Positions 50,564 through 63,343 of a stretch of 64,000 bases of DNA are shown piece after piece (the stretch's first letter is position 1; each line of letters begins with the position of its first letter). This DNA comes from Raillietiella orientalis (lineage: Eukaryota), in contig JAYWIR010000018.1 in NCBI GenBank assembly GCA_036172245.1, positions 1 to 64,000 of the forward strand, written 5' to 3'. The translations under genes and the position numbers were made by a program. Under the pieces are notes generated by a model. It saw only the letters and a list, made by a program, of their open reading frames with translations. It was not told the origin of the DNA and did not search any database.

Positions 50564-52031
50564 GTTTCATTTGTTCTCAATTCGCTTTCTGTACACAAAA
50601 ATGAAATTTCACCATAAAATTTGCAGTACATTGACTAAAGGTTGGAAACAAATTAGAAAATTAGAGCGAAATTCTCTAACTGTACTATACTTGTTCACGG
50701 CAAACATTTACTGTCATAGAGTAAAACTGTCATTCAGTCTCAGTTCATTACGAACAGATTAATTTTTATATCATCAATATCGAAAGGAATTAGGCTTATT
50801 ATAGTGCAATAAAAGGATATTCCAATAAATGAACTGAAGTTCCTGAACACACATGTTTCGTTAGTAAGTTTCTGACTCTTCAGAAACGAGTGGGAAAACT
50901 TTTCAAAACTTCAAATTAGTTGCAACATGTTTCACTTTCAGTATTTATACTTCTGCCTAAGTCGTTCATATTAATGTAAACTCAAAATACTTTTACTTGG
51001 AATTCGAAGTTAAAGGCAATAATAAGATAAATTGGGTGTGATAAAATAAACTATGGTATGCTCAAACCTTACACCAATTAGTATTTCATAATTATGTTTA
51101 ATTTAAAATTCCAAATCAAAATATCTTCCTTAGTACACGGATAACAAAAACTTGAAATACGTTATGTTTGAAGAAAAAAAACCCTGTCTAGATGATGTCC
51201 AAATGTCAAATACCCATACTAACCAATAGTGCTGCTCACTTTTTAACTGCACAGGATCTCAAGTGCACTTATATTATTAGAGGTATGCTTCAAATTCCTC
51301 AACTGTAGACAACTGAATATACGGATATGTTGATCCATATCTCAGTCTGGTGTTAAGTTTGTTTGCACTTTCTTCTCAATCAACCATACAAATATGAGTT
51401 TGAAAAATATTTGCGCAAGTAATGCAGTTCCTCCCTAATACTCCATGATTTGTGTCATCTGCATAAACGCTTTTACTTATTTACAATTATAAAGTCGGAC
51501 AAACTTTAAAGATAAAGAAGCAGAGCCTAGCAACTCCCATTCACTTTCTTTACATTCTTGATAATGTACAGGAAACCCGGGTTAAGTTAAATGCAAATTT
51601 CTTGCTTTTTCGATCAAGAATTTTTGAGTACAAACAGACTTTAAAAAAATCACATTGACAAAAAGACAACCGTCGGCGAATGCTCAAACACTTTGAGGAC
51701 GTAGAAGTTGAAATGCTTCAAATTCGAGATTACACTGAATCGATGCAGTAGTAATGTAGCCTCGCGCACGGGCAGCATCCTAGGCGAGGAAGGCGACGGC
51801 TCCGCGATCATTGCTCGTTGAAAACTTCACCCAATACCCCGCCAAGGCAGTGCGTAAAACCATTGCCGCGGCAATTTTTGTGTGCCCCGAGAGGGCAAGT
51901 GTTGGAAAAGTGAGTGTGGACGGCATCAAGTGACAGTGCAGCCGAGAATCTTCACCACCTGCGGCAGCACTACAAGAGGGGACTTGCATCCAACGGAGAC
52001 GGCGACGGGAAGTCGTCAGCCCATCGTCCGG

Positions 52032-53650
52032 ATGCAGGAGTCTAGGATGGAGCAGAGACCGACGTCCCCCATAGAAATGGAGGTACAGTACGGCAATGGC
52101 GAGGCGGCGGCGACGCCAAGGATCGCGCCGGCGGCGGCGATGCCAAGGGTCACGCCCGCGGCGGTAACGTCGAGGGTCGCGCCGGCGGCTGCGCCCCAGG
52201 CAAAATCCGCGGGCGTCCACGTGGCACACGGCGTGCAGTACGCGAACGCCATCTTGCTCGGCTACGGCGGTGCAGCCATTTTCGGTGGCGGCGGGCCAGG
52301 CTAGTGCCCAGCTGCAAAGAATTTTTGGCAAACCGGAGAGTGGGAAGCTGGCTAGAGTGAAGGAGCCGATCGTTTGGATAGGTCCGAACGTGAAGCCCAT
52401 CACCTTCAAGACCGGCTTAATCCGGTTCGATAATATTGGGGAGGTCTACTTGTCCCTCTACAAGACAAATGAAGACTTCGATCACATCCAGGCGATCATC
52501 CGAAGTACATCTGGATTCACAGTCTATACGGATTGTGAACACCTTCGGGAAGCGTTGATCCAAAGGGGGATCAACATCCAGGAAAGGATGGTCCGTGGCA
52601 TCGGCGAGATGCCATACACGACCGTCTTCCTCAGCGGCATCTCAACAAATACCACCCAAATAACGGTGTGGAATTTTCTGGCCAAATATGGGGAAGTCCT
52701 GGAACTTGAGTTCCAGAACTTCCCCGAGAAGATCTTTTCTGGCGACGTGATCGCCAAGATCAAATTATGCGAGGTTACGGTGATCCCGGGAATCGCACAC
52801 ATCGATGGGGGACTCCCAAGAGGTGAGCGTGCTCTACCGGCAGCAACCGGTATTTTGCACTGGGTGCAAGCATTTTGGCCACAGAGTCAGTGCTTACCCA
52901 AGATCTCGTTGTTTCTGCTGCGGCAAGCAGGGGCACCAAGTCCGCAACTGCCAGCAGCCGGAGGTCTGTGCCTTTTGCAAGGCACCGGGAGACATGCTAG
53001 GTGAAGCTGTCCCGAATACGCCAACTGGCGTCGAATGTGAGGACTTCCCCCCGTGAGGGAAAGAACCCTCAACGAGGCGGAACAGCCTCAAAAGGTGGTT
53101 GAAAAGCAGAGGAAGGCGAGAGAAGTCGTCCCGGCATCGGCGGACGGCTTCGTTGAAATAGGGAAGAAGGGTATGAGGAAACTCCTCTTATCCCGGTAGT
53201 AGCTGCAGAGCAAGGCGAGAAGATGGAGGTAGCAGAGGAAGGCGAACAGGCGAAAGTGCCAGAACCCACCCCGGTGTCGCAGGAGGCCCTGCAGACCACC
53301 GAAGAGGTGGAGAAACTGTCAGAAGAAGTAAAGGAGGCGCAGAGAGGAGTTCAGCAGGAGCAACTCCTGCAGAAAATCTGCAATGCTCAACAAACCGTCA
53401 ACCAGGTGGTGGAGGCTGCCGAGCGCGAGAAGCTGGAGAACAAGCTTCTCGACGTGAAGGCAAACTTCTGCGCCAAGGTGGCGTTGGAGGTACTCGTAAG
53501 CTCGTCGCACGAGCCGAGCACTCCACTGAGGAGGCCGATTTCACCGACCTCACCGAGACGCAGAGCGACGCCGGCAGCGAGAAGCCCGCTCCTTCGTCTG
53601 GGAAATCACAACAATCTCCCAGACAAAAGAAACTCAGGAAGGCCAGGAAG
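52032..53650 (+). pseudogene. Retrotransposon ORF1 (RRM-like region plus three CCHC zinc knuckles), frameshifted
   Basis: TTVFLSGIS...VWNFLAKYGEV RRM-like segment, then after a frameshift CTGCKHFGH, CFCCGKQGHQVRNC and CAFCKAPG knuckles. A 27-bp x3 repeat at 52104-52184 encodes AAATPRIAP/AAAMPRVTP/AAVTSRVAP. Start and end are approximate. Confidence 0.8.
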
Positions 53651-53665
53651 TAGGTCTTCCCCTTT

Positions 53666-56600
53666 ATGGCCTCGTCTCTATCGACCGCCAGGAGGATCAA
53701 CATCGCCTCCTGGAACGTCAACGGATTGCTCTACCGGAGCAAAAGGAAAAGGATCGTGCAGACCATCGCACATCAAGATATCGTGCGCCTGCAGGAGACC
53801 CACAGGCCAGGTCCCCAGATCAGCCAACAAATGGAACGACGCCTCGATAGGCAGATGTTCGTCAGCGAGGGACGGCGGAACACGGAAGGTGTGGCGGTCT
53901 TGATCGAGAACCACCTGGCCCCCACCATTCTGGAAGTCTTCTATCCCTTTCCGGGACGCATCATCGGCATGCACTGGCCTGGTCCGCTACCGTTCCCCTC
54001 TTCCTGGTGAGCGTGTACAGGCCACACAAACAAAAACATCGGTGTGCGGAGGCGCTGCACGCAGCACTCTGGGAAAAGGTCGCGCCCAAGGATGTCGTGA
54101 TCGTCGCTGGCGATCTCAACATCCTGGATGAAATCACCCATTCCTAGGCCGCCAGAGGAAGGACGGCGTATCGGCGCTTGTCCGACGAGTTCGGGCTGCT
54201 GTGGCGAACAGCTAGCCACAAGCCGATCGACCACGTCCTACGCAGCACCGAACTAGGGAACCGCATTCAAGGTTTTCGCGACACGCTCACCGCGTTGTCC
54301 GATCACCCGTTGGTGCTGTTTTCCCTAAGGACGGAAAATCCTCGGCGTAGGCAAGGCACCAGGGCGGCTCTCATCAGCATGCCCGCCTGGTTCGAGACTC
54401 ATCCCAGTCATCAGGGGGTCCTGGAGGCGATTCTGAAGACGACTACGATCCGAATAGTCGCTGACTGGAACAGCCTGAAACCCAGGATCCATTTGTTTGC
54501 AAATATGCAATACGGCGACAAGAGACTGAGTCAGGAGGCGTACCGGGTGCTGAACATCCAAGATCGCTCCCTCTCAAAGTACTACGACCAGTACGAGAGT
54601 CGGTACGTCTTCCAAAATTCAAAGGGGAAGTCGGCGTGCTGGAGAAGAAGAATCTGGCCACAGACATCTTCCGTATTCAGTACGGCGAACACAGCCGACA
54701 CACGTCGGAGAACATCGTGGATGGCTTCGAAAGGCATTACACGGGACACTTCCGACGACAACATCAGTGTCAGGCGATACAGAAGACCTTCCTGAGCCAT
54801 CTTGAGAAGAAGATTGACGACCTCCAACGGAAGAGACTGGAGGAGGATTTCTCCGAAGAAGAGGTGAAGACTGCGTTTCAGGAATTACGCAAGGATGTGG
54901 CGGCAGGCCCTGATAGTATTCCCATCAGTGACTATCAGCCGTACTTGCACGCCTACCTGTGTTTATTCCACCAGTTGACCCTCTGCATCCAGCAAGAAGG
55001 ACGACTACCGGAGTCTTTCTACGTGAGCAGGACGAGATCGTTTCCGAAAGGAGGCGACCTATCCAGGATAGCCCAATGGAGGCCAATCTCAATCCTTAAC
55101 TCGGATGCCAAGTGGTTGGCAAAGATCTGGGCCAACCGCTTAGGCAAGGTCATGCTGAGGCTGATTTCTCCCGTCCAGACGTGTGCAGTACCCGGACGCC
55201 ACATGTCGGACAATGTCAAGTGCGCGCAGGCCACCGTGGGACTTAGCCGATACCTCGGCGAGAACCTGGTGCTGGCTTTCACCGACATGGAGAAAGCCTT
55301 CGAGACCATCGACCACAGGATGCTGCTGAAGATTCTGGAAAAACTGGGACTTCCGGAATACTTCAGCAACTTCGTGGGAATGATCCTCCGGAATCAACGT
55401 TTCCGGATCAAGATCAACGGAGTAGAAACAGCAGCCATTCGGATGGAACGAGGAGTTCGGCAGGGCGACTCGCTAAGTCCGATGCTGTTTGTTATCTACA
55501 TGGAGGTGCTGTCTTCATTCATCGAGAAGAGCGGGCGTCTACGCGGGATATCCATCGATGACCAGCAGCTCACCCATCTCGACTATGCGGACGATCTCCT
55601 CTTCTTCATCAGGGGAGAGAGGGATCAGCAAGCGTTCCTGGATGTGGTGATGCTCATGGAAGAAGGACTAGACCTGAAGATCAACGCCCAGAAGAGCCAA
55701 CTTTTGCCCGTCGGAATCCTAGATCTCTCCACTCTCACGGGGAGAGGATTCCGAACGGTGGACAATGCCAAGTACCTAGGAGTACACATCGGCGACGACT
55801 CTGCGTCGAAGCTACTGTGGACGGAAATTCTAGGGAAGACGGCAAAAGAAGCAGCCAAATACACTCGACTGGACCTTGGGATGAAGAAGAAGCCCAACCT
55901 CTGGAACGGAATCCTCCTTCCAAAGGTACTCTTCGGAGCGGCCTTCTCCAGAATCCACAAGGAAACCTCGAGAGAGTTGGAGAAGCTGCAGCGGAAAACC
56001 CTCTGGAGCCATTACCGTCCGAGGGTACGGCTGAAACCCCTGTGTCGTCCCAAGGAAGGGGGCGGAACCGGGATGAAGTCGCTTGCACATTCCGTGGAAA
56101 TCATGGATACGCGACACATCCTGGACATCGCCACTCACTGGGATGACTGGCCTTATGCGGCGCATAGGACCTATTCGAAGTTGTTAAACAACTCGAAAGG
56201 CATGATGACTGCGCTGCTAGGCAGAGCAGGGGATTGGATCACCATCGACCCCACCTGAAGGAGGAAGCCACAACTGGTGCGCAAGCTCCAGTTGAAGATC
56301 GTTCCTAGAAGCAAGGAACTCTGGCAGGAAGAATCCATCTTGGTGATCCCTTGGATGCTTCGAGTGCCCTTGGACACAAGAAGCTGGATCTACCAGCGGC
56401 CCAGAGTTACTGTGCAACGAATCCAGGAATGGAAAAGAGGAGGTTACCTACATCACACTCGTATACTTCGGTATATAGAGATGATGTTAGGAAGGTTCAC
56501 CTATAGGACACGCGAGGTCTGGAAGAACCATAACGACCTCGCTTGGTCCAGGGTGACCAAACAAAACGTCAGAAGACTGCTACCAGGGGATGACATGGAC

Positions 56601-57168
56601 ATCAGTGCCCTCCAACAAGCCGCCGATCGCTTCGGAAGCGACAGGATCAACCTGCTGGCGATCGGCACGACGCTCTGGAGGAGTGACCTACCGCCAGACA
56701 CGCAGGATGACTTCTTGATGTTTTACCACGGAGGCATCCAGAGCGGGTCCATACTGAAGCACTATACCGGAAGACGGGAAGATGAAGACTGCACGGCATG
56801 TGGAGACATCGATACGAGACGACCCACATTGCTACACGACTGGCTGATCCTGAAAAGGATCATAGGACTCAACAACAAGTCCGTGATGGAAATCCTCGCT
56901 GGGATGTTCCAGGAAAATCGTAATGTTCCCTGCTACAATCCCAAATCCCAGAACGACCATCGCCCTCTTCATCACCGCCATACTTGTGTGGTGATGGAAG
57001 ATGAGGAAAACCAGAAGAGCCTCTTCCCCGATGGAGATCCTGCAAGGATTCATTAAGAAGGAGATCGGCATCAGGTACTGCGGACGACTCCATGCCTGGA
57101 CGTACCGATTCATCCTGAAGAGGATCGAGGACGACGCCCGGGAAACATCGAGGAGGAACCCACCCTGA
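53666..57168 (+). pseudogene. Retrotransposon ORF2: apurinic-like endonuclease, reverse transcriptase and degenerate C-terminal Cys motif, several frameshifts
   Basis: EN motifs SWNVNG, LQETH, AGDLN, IDHVL, SDH. RT motifs WRPISILNSDAK, DMEKAF, GVRQGDSLSP, YADD, KYLG (ORF 54636-56258). CTACG near 56790. Confidence 0.93.
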
Positions 57169-58161
57169 GTGCAGGACTAGTGATCACCCCAAGGTACTTT
57201 TAGGTGGACAATAAAGTGCAGTGAAAAGTATGAATGGAAAATTGTAGAATGAATGATATATAGAAAATATATTCACCCCACCCCTTGTGGGAATTGGGGA
57301 AAATCGATACAGTAGTAATTAGAAATGCTATTTTTGTTCGCATATTCTCCGTATCAAAGTAATAGTAAAAAATAATGACTGTTTACTACAGTCATACAGG
57401 GAAATCATGATTTAAAATGTTTCCTCTACTGTTCATTTTATTTTTACTGATTTATTCTGATGCTGTTTCATTTTTGCAATGTTTTCGTCATCTATACATT
57501 GAATCCACTCTCAATTTAACAACAATAAAGTGTGAAAACAAAAACATAAATCAGAAAATTATCCAATGGCTAAAGAGACACTTAAGTGTTTGAATATTGA
57601 AGCAATATCGGCGGACTGATTATGTGACGCCCCATTCACCCCAGATTATGAGATACATTCTTATAATCTGGTGTAGATGACCACTTATTCAATTCACTTT
57701 TGCATGTGCACTCGGCATTGAAGTTGTAATTAGAAACGGATCAATTCAGTTTGTAAATGTGTCGTGTGATCTATGAATATTAAGTCGATTGTGCTTACGA
57801 TCAATAAATCAGCACAATGAAAATATAAATACTCATATATATCAATAAACAAACATATTCTGCGTAGGATTTTCCTTGATATGAAGCACATTTTTCGTAT
57901 ACTCGAAAAGTTGGTAATTTCAACATTAGCGAGGGAAAGTGTCACATGCACCATGAAGAGTTTGTGGTGAACAGAGTTTTTTGTAATTTCGTGATGTAAT
58001 TAAAATAATACCATGTTTCACATGTTGTCATTTGCACGTAATGATTCAGATGACAATCCTCCAACTTTAGAACTAATTCGGAATTTTCAAAATCTTTGAC
58101 ATTTGAACGTAACTAATTCGTATACGTAAACTTTCTGTGATTCACTCTGATTGTAAACAAT

Positions 58162-58693
58162 ATGGCAGAGTGTCCAGAGGATTTAAATTTGCCAATGACT
58201 GTAGTGCATCGAATTATCAAAGATGCTCTTCCAGAGGGCATTAATATATCAAAAGAAGCACGTCTAGCAATCGGAAAAGCAGCTTCAGTTTTTGTTTTAT
58301 ATGCAACTTCATGTGCCAATAGTATAGCCAGCAGGAAAAAAAAAAAAACAATTTCGGGGGCTGAAGTTATTCAAGCGATTTCAGATATGGAATTTGAATT
58401 CTTTGTGCCAATTTTACAAGAGTATTTAGAAGGCAAGAGCAAAGTCTTTGTATCCCTGTTTTTCTTGTAAATACTTGTCAGTTTTAATACTTTACAGAAA
58501 ATCTGTTAGTTCATTATTAATTATTTAATAATTAGATCTTGATTTTGCAGAATTTAAAAAAGGTCAGAAAGAAAAAAAAGAAAATTCAGCAAAGAAAAAG
58601 ACCTCTGCTTCATACAGCACAGAAGATATGGAGGATGTTTCCAAAAAAAATCAATCTGCAGATGAGCCTATTATGCAAGAAGAAGAAGGTTGA
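58162..58693 (+). CDS. POLE3: DNA polymerase epsilon subunit 3 / CHRAC17 histone-fold protein, 2 exons (58162-58432, 58551-58693), 137 aa
   Basis: [53 protein letters not shown] matches the POLE3 N-terminus. Splicing GAAG|GC..TTTTGCAG|AA yields the expected basic then acidic tail ([11 protein letters not shown]...MQEEEG*). Confidence 0.93.
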
Positions 58694-61600
58694 TTTTTGG
58701 TATATCGTGATCCAAGTACATTGTGTCGTGTGATATGGATGGATGCAATATTCAAGAGGACACAAATTTTTCTTATAGTATTGATATTTGCATGTTATGT
58801 GAGGATTAATTTGGGAAGTGAAATACATCAAATGAACTTAGCATGCACATAATTCCATAGAATAATGGTTTCTGCTCAATCCACATTCCACTTAAATGTT
58901 TTTTAGTATCTTATACTTCTAGTTTCATGTTTTGGTTTACATTTTTTTTTGTTAAGATTAATGGAAAATACAGCATTATTTTTCTTTTGTTGAACATCAT
59001 TTCTGAATTTAGTTTATCGTTTCGTGACATTCTTGTAGTGCTTAGTTTTTGTTCTGTGCTCTGTGTTTGCATGATTATTCTTAGCATGTTGTCATCATTG
59101 TAGAATTTTGTTGTGTTTTCAATGTATCTTCAGGTGCATCAGTGTCCATGTAGCATGATAATTGCATTAGGTAATGAGATATAGTGCATAATTTTCTTTT
59201 TAGCTCATGGAAAGACTGATTTGTTTTTAGATTGCAACTTTTTGATATTTTTAATAGATCTTTGGAACAGCAAGGTTGGGTTGAGAATCTTGTTCACCAC
59301 ATTAGCATTGATCTCCCTCTATATTGAATATATTTGCAGATATTTCAAATATGAATACATTATCCAACTTTACTAAAGTTTTTAGATTCTTCAATTTCTT
59401 TGTTTAATGTGCTATCTTCTGATGTTTGGAAATGTTTATAGAACTTTTTTCGATACTTCATGTGGAAATATGAAGAATGAAAATTCACATGAAAAATAAG
59501 CATTTTTGTCAAAGTAGGATATGGAAAATTAAATCCAAGGTTGAATTTTGTTCATGGAAAAAATGTGTGCTGTGAAAGATTTGAAATAAAAAAGAAATAT
59601 ATCCTATTAATATGCAAGTTTTTATCTTGGTATAACAGTTTAGTCATCTTAGCATTTGTGGAGTCAATTTTTCTAGAAGGATTTTTTTTTTCATTATGAT
59701 GAGTGCTTTGTCCACTCTATATTTTATATTTGGAAAAATACCACTAATGTGAAGTCAGTTTGGAGTCCTACTTTACAAAGCAGTGAAGATGACATATTTG
59801 AACACAGATGCTTCTAAAAACACTTGCTGCAGAATATATGCAGAAGCATTGTATCAACAGTGAGGATCTAAAGGATTCCGGAAACAAAATAAAAAAGCCA
59901 TGTAAATGATAACTTGTTTGTTTAAGAAAATATCCATTTATGTTTATGAGGAATTTTCGGGTTATTCACAATGAGCAGAGAGTATAATTATCATTTCTGT
60001 CAAAATAATTTTACAGTTTTCAAATCTATCATTCTACTTTTGCTTTCTTTGTTTTACTGGAAAATTTTTCACATGAATGCTATTTGTGTTTGCTATTTGT
60101 ATTGACAACCTTTTGGAGTTTTGTACCAGTTACAAACCATGAAGTGTGCAAACATTTTCAGCAAAATTTCACTTGCATTACAGAACATTTTTCGGTTTTA
60201 TCATAGGTCTTATCTAGTACAAATATTAAAAGTTTTAACCATGCTTGTTTGCAGCCTTTGAAGAAACTAGAGTTTTATTTAAAAAATTGCAGCAATGTAA
60301 AGTGACTTATGGTGTGTTCCTTTTGGATGTGTAAATATAATGTTACCTTGAAATAGGATTAAAGTGCAAATCCGTTTGAGAATGGTAGATTGAATAATGT
60401 AATCCTTGGGTACAAGTTACTTATCACTGTAGTGGAAGATAAGACAGGTGCTGACATGGGGAATCTACTGTAAGTTATGTCCAGGAAAGAGAGTGAGATC
60501 TTTTTGAAGCAAAAGGTTATGCTTGATGTTGTCACCTTATGTATCCTAAAAACTATTACTGCATTCCTGTTCAGTCTCAACGCATTTAAGAATGCTGATC
60601 ATGAAAATTTTCAGCACATTAATAGATGAGGTAGTAATGCATTAGCTATTAATTTAGAACGAAAAATACTGCACTAGTGATTTAGAATTTTTTTTTTTTA
60701 AAAAAAACGATTTCATGCATTGGTTTTCGAAAAGAACACTTAAATTTTTCAATTGTCTTATTGTTTGTATTAGGAACTTATAGTGTTGTTCATCTTGTTG
60801 CAAAGGTTTCTTTAAAACATTAATTTTAAAAATCTCAGATATTATATAGAAATATATTTTCCTGAACTGTCCCCAAATCCAATATCAAATCTTTCTTTTA
60901 TATATTAGATGGATAGATCACTTGCATATATAACTGTATTAGTATTCTCATGAATTGCTTGCCAAATTGTCATTGAAATTTTAGTCATATTTTATATATC
61001 TAGGCCCTTTTCATGTTCCAAAAAGATGAAAATTCTGAAAATTAAATCAAACAGCAAGCAAACTTATTTCAAGGAGAAGGAAGAAATATTTTTTTGGAGG
61101 TAATTTATTAGAAATTTGATTTCAAAAATAAGATGCTTTTTATCTTCCTATCTTACATTTATGGGAAAGCTGCTTCCATATTAATTTTAAACATTAACAG
61201 CAGTCACACATTTAGTTTTTACTTTTGAATTCTTATAAGACCTTCAAATCAAGTGTTATCATGGTTGCAGGGTAATCCGAATTTATGCATTCATTTTCCT
61301 TATATTTCCAAAGTCGCACACTTCCTGTAACTTTTATGAAGATCGTCAACAAAACATCGACCTAATACTTTAATATTCCCTTATTTTTTAAGGCCTAAGG
61401 TTTTTTTCAATATTAAAGCAATGTACATATTTTATGATTCTTTAAATCTGATTCACCATATGTTGAGACGTTTCTGGATATATTTTGTTATTTCTTCATA
61501 TGACGGAGTCTTGGTTCTGTTGGTTCTCGAATGTTCCACTTTTCTACTTGAAAATTGCCTTTACAGATGTCTTTTACAGATGCACATTTTTATCTCTTGA

Positions 61601-62531
61601 AATTTTCATGATGCTTAGTAGTGACACCAATTAGCTACCTAGACATACATAAGAGCAACCATATCAGAGGAAGGCATGATTATAACGTGTTGAGAACCTT
61701 AGCCATCAAGCTACAGTTTAAAGTTTGTTACAGACTCATGCTCAAGAGCAAGGGATTTGCACACCTTTTTTGTTTTGTTTTATGCAAAATTATAGCAACA
61801 CAAATCCAGTGCGCATTTAATTTCCTGGGTTTTTGTTTTGCTTTTTCAGAAAATTAAAACAATTCCCTGCTCGAATTGCAAAAGCAACTGGTTTCTTCCT
61901 GTATGTAGATATACAAACTATGGGAATTCTTTCTTCATAGGCATTTGTTTAGAGATTATTTCCTTCTTTCACTGAAATGTATGTAAAGGATATAATCTTC
62001 ATGTTTATTTCTTCTGGTCCTTCACGATTTCTTGAGGTATATTCAAGTTTTCACAATTCATCAGTTACTGCTATTGTACTAGAACAAATGAAAGATACCT
62101 TCCAAGAAAAAAAAAACATATAGACATCCGCCATCTCATGAACATAACGTTCACCTACCCAAAGGTTGCACAATTTCCAACTGTTTTCTTGATGGCCTTT
62201 TTATTTATCAGGAGGAAAACTTTAAAACCGAACTCTTTTACCGAAGAATGAACGCACGCCTATCATGTGGCCCATCTCTAAAGAGCTAAACTGTCATGAC
62301 AAAATTGAAATGCATTTGCAAGTCCCTTGATCAGAATCGTTGCCTATCAATCATTCGGATAGCAACATCAAAAATTTTGCAAATACGTAATTTGACCTTT
62401 TTATTTGCTTCATTCTGGGTTATAGAATGCAGTTACGTCATAAACCTACGTAATCGTTCTCTGTTGAATTACGCCAACTTCATTTACCTTTATGAAAAAC
62501 TTTAACTCCACACACCTATCATGCTCATTCC

Positions 62532-62552
62532 ATATATATATATATATATATA
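62532..62552. repeat. (AT)n microsatellite
   Basis: ATATATATATATATATATATA. Confidence 0.9.
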
Positions 62553-63343
62553 CACATTACAAAAGGAGGGGGTATAGAACTTGCACCTTGCATGATTTAC
62601 ACTTCTGGGCACTTTCCCCACCCAAAACTGTTCACTGATCGTCTAAGAAACTCTTCATTATTGTGCCCTAATCTTTATTATGAACTTCAAAAAAACTGCA
62701 GTTCCACTTTTCATTTTATGCTTTTCCATTTCCAGAAAATATTTGATTGCCATATAAGGATCCAATCATGTAAGGAAAAAGTGTCGAGTCTTTGGATTGT
62801 GTATTTTATGGTGCCAAATTTGTTGCTTAAGAGTTGACTTTCGAATGTAAGGTTCGTTTGAATAGGACTGAAATCTATTTCTTAACTTTTCATCTGATTG
62901 TCCAAAGTACTTATTGATATTTCAATGCTTTGATTAAAAAATATTATATCAAAACCTACACTGACACAACATACTTGCATACCTAACATAAAATACGAGA
63001 TCAACAGGGAGGGCACTGCATTCAACTCATTTTTGTAAAAATCAAACAATACTGATCACTGAGTTCCGTTCATTTTCTGAAAATTAATTTGGGACCAGTT
63101 GTTGAGATCATTTAAGGATTAGTGATGGTTGAAAAGAATAGACCTAAAGAGCAACAACAACGAATCCCCCAAATAATAGCATTAAGGTGTGGTGAGCACT
63201 CCATTGATTGTGAAAGCTGCAGCAAACATTAGCACAGCTGGATTCCTGATTTTCACGAGCTTTATATAGCTCTACTGCTTGCTGAGTTGAGAATAGCTAA
63301 AACCAATCCATTGTTATTGCACAGGAACTGATAATCAAACTGT

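Larger units (their letters stand above)
51756..57301 (+). mobile_element. Near full-length L1/Tx1-like non-LTR retrotransposon (~5.5 kb), inactivated by frameshifts and stops
   Basis: Flanked by an 18-bp TSD AATCGAT(G/A)CAGTAGTAAT at 51738-51755 and 57302-57319 (1 mismatch). Contains ORF1 with zinc knuckles and ORF2 with APE endonuclease and RT. Confidence 0.93.

Noticed and set aside
51756..51830. HDV-like ribozyme at the 5' end of the retrotransposon
   Set aside because: Only a simple CCTCGC/GCGAGG stem is visible; I could not build the nested double pseudoknot.
51780..57113. Antisense and alternate-frame ORFs over the LINE (e.g. 209 aa at 51780-52409)
   Set aside because: These are shadows of GC-rich ORF1/ORF2 coding sequence with no independent motifs.
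60359..62837. Short ORFs between POLE3 and TCERG1
   Set aside because: AT-rich, with no recognisable homology or convincing splice framework.
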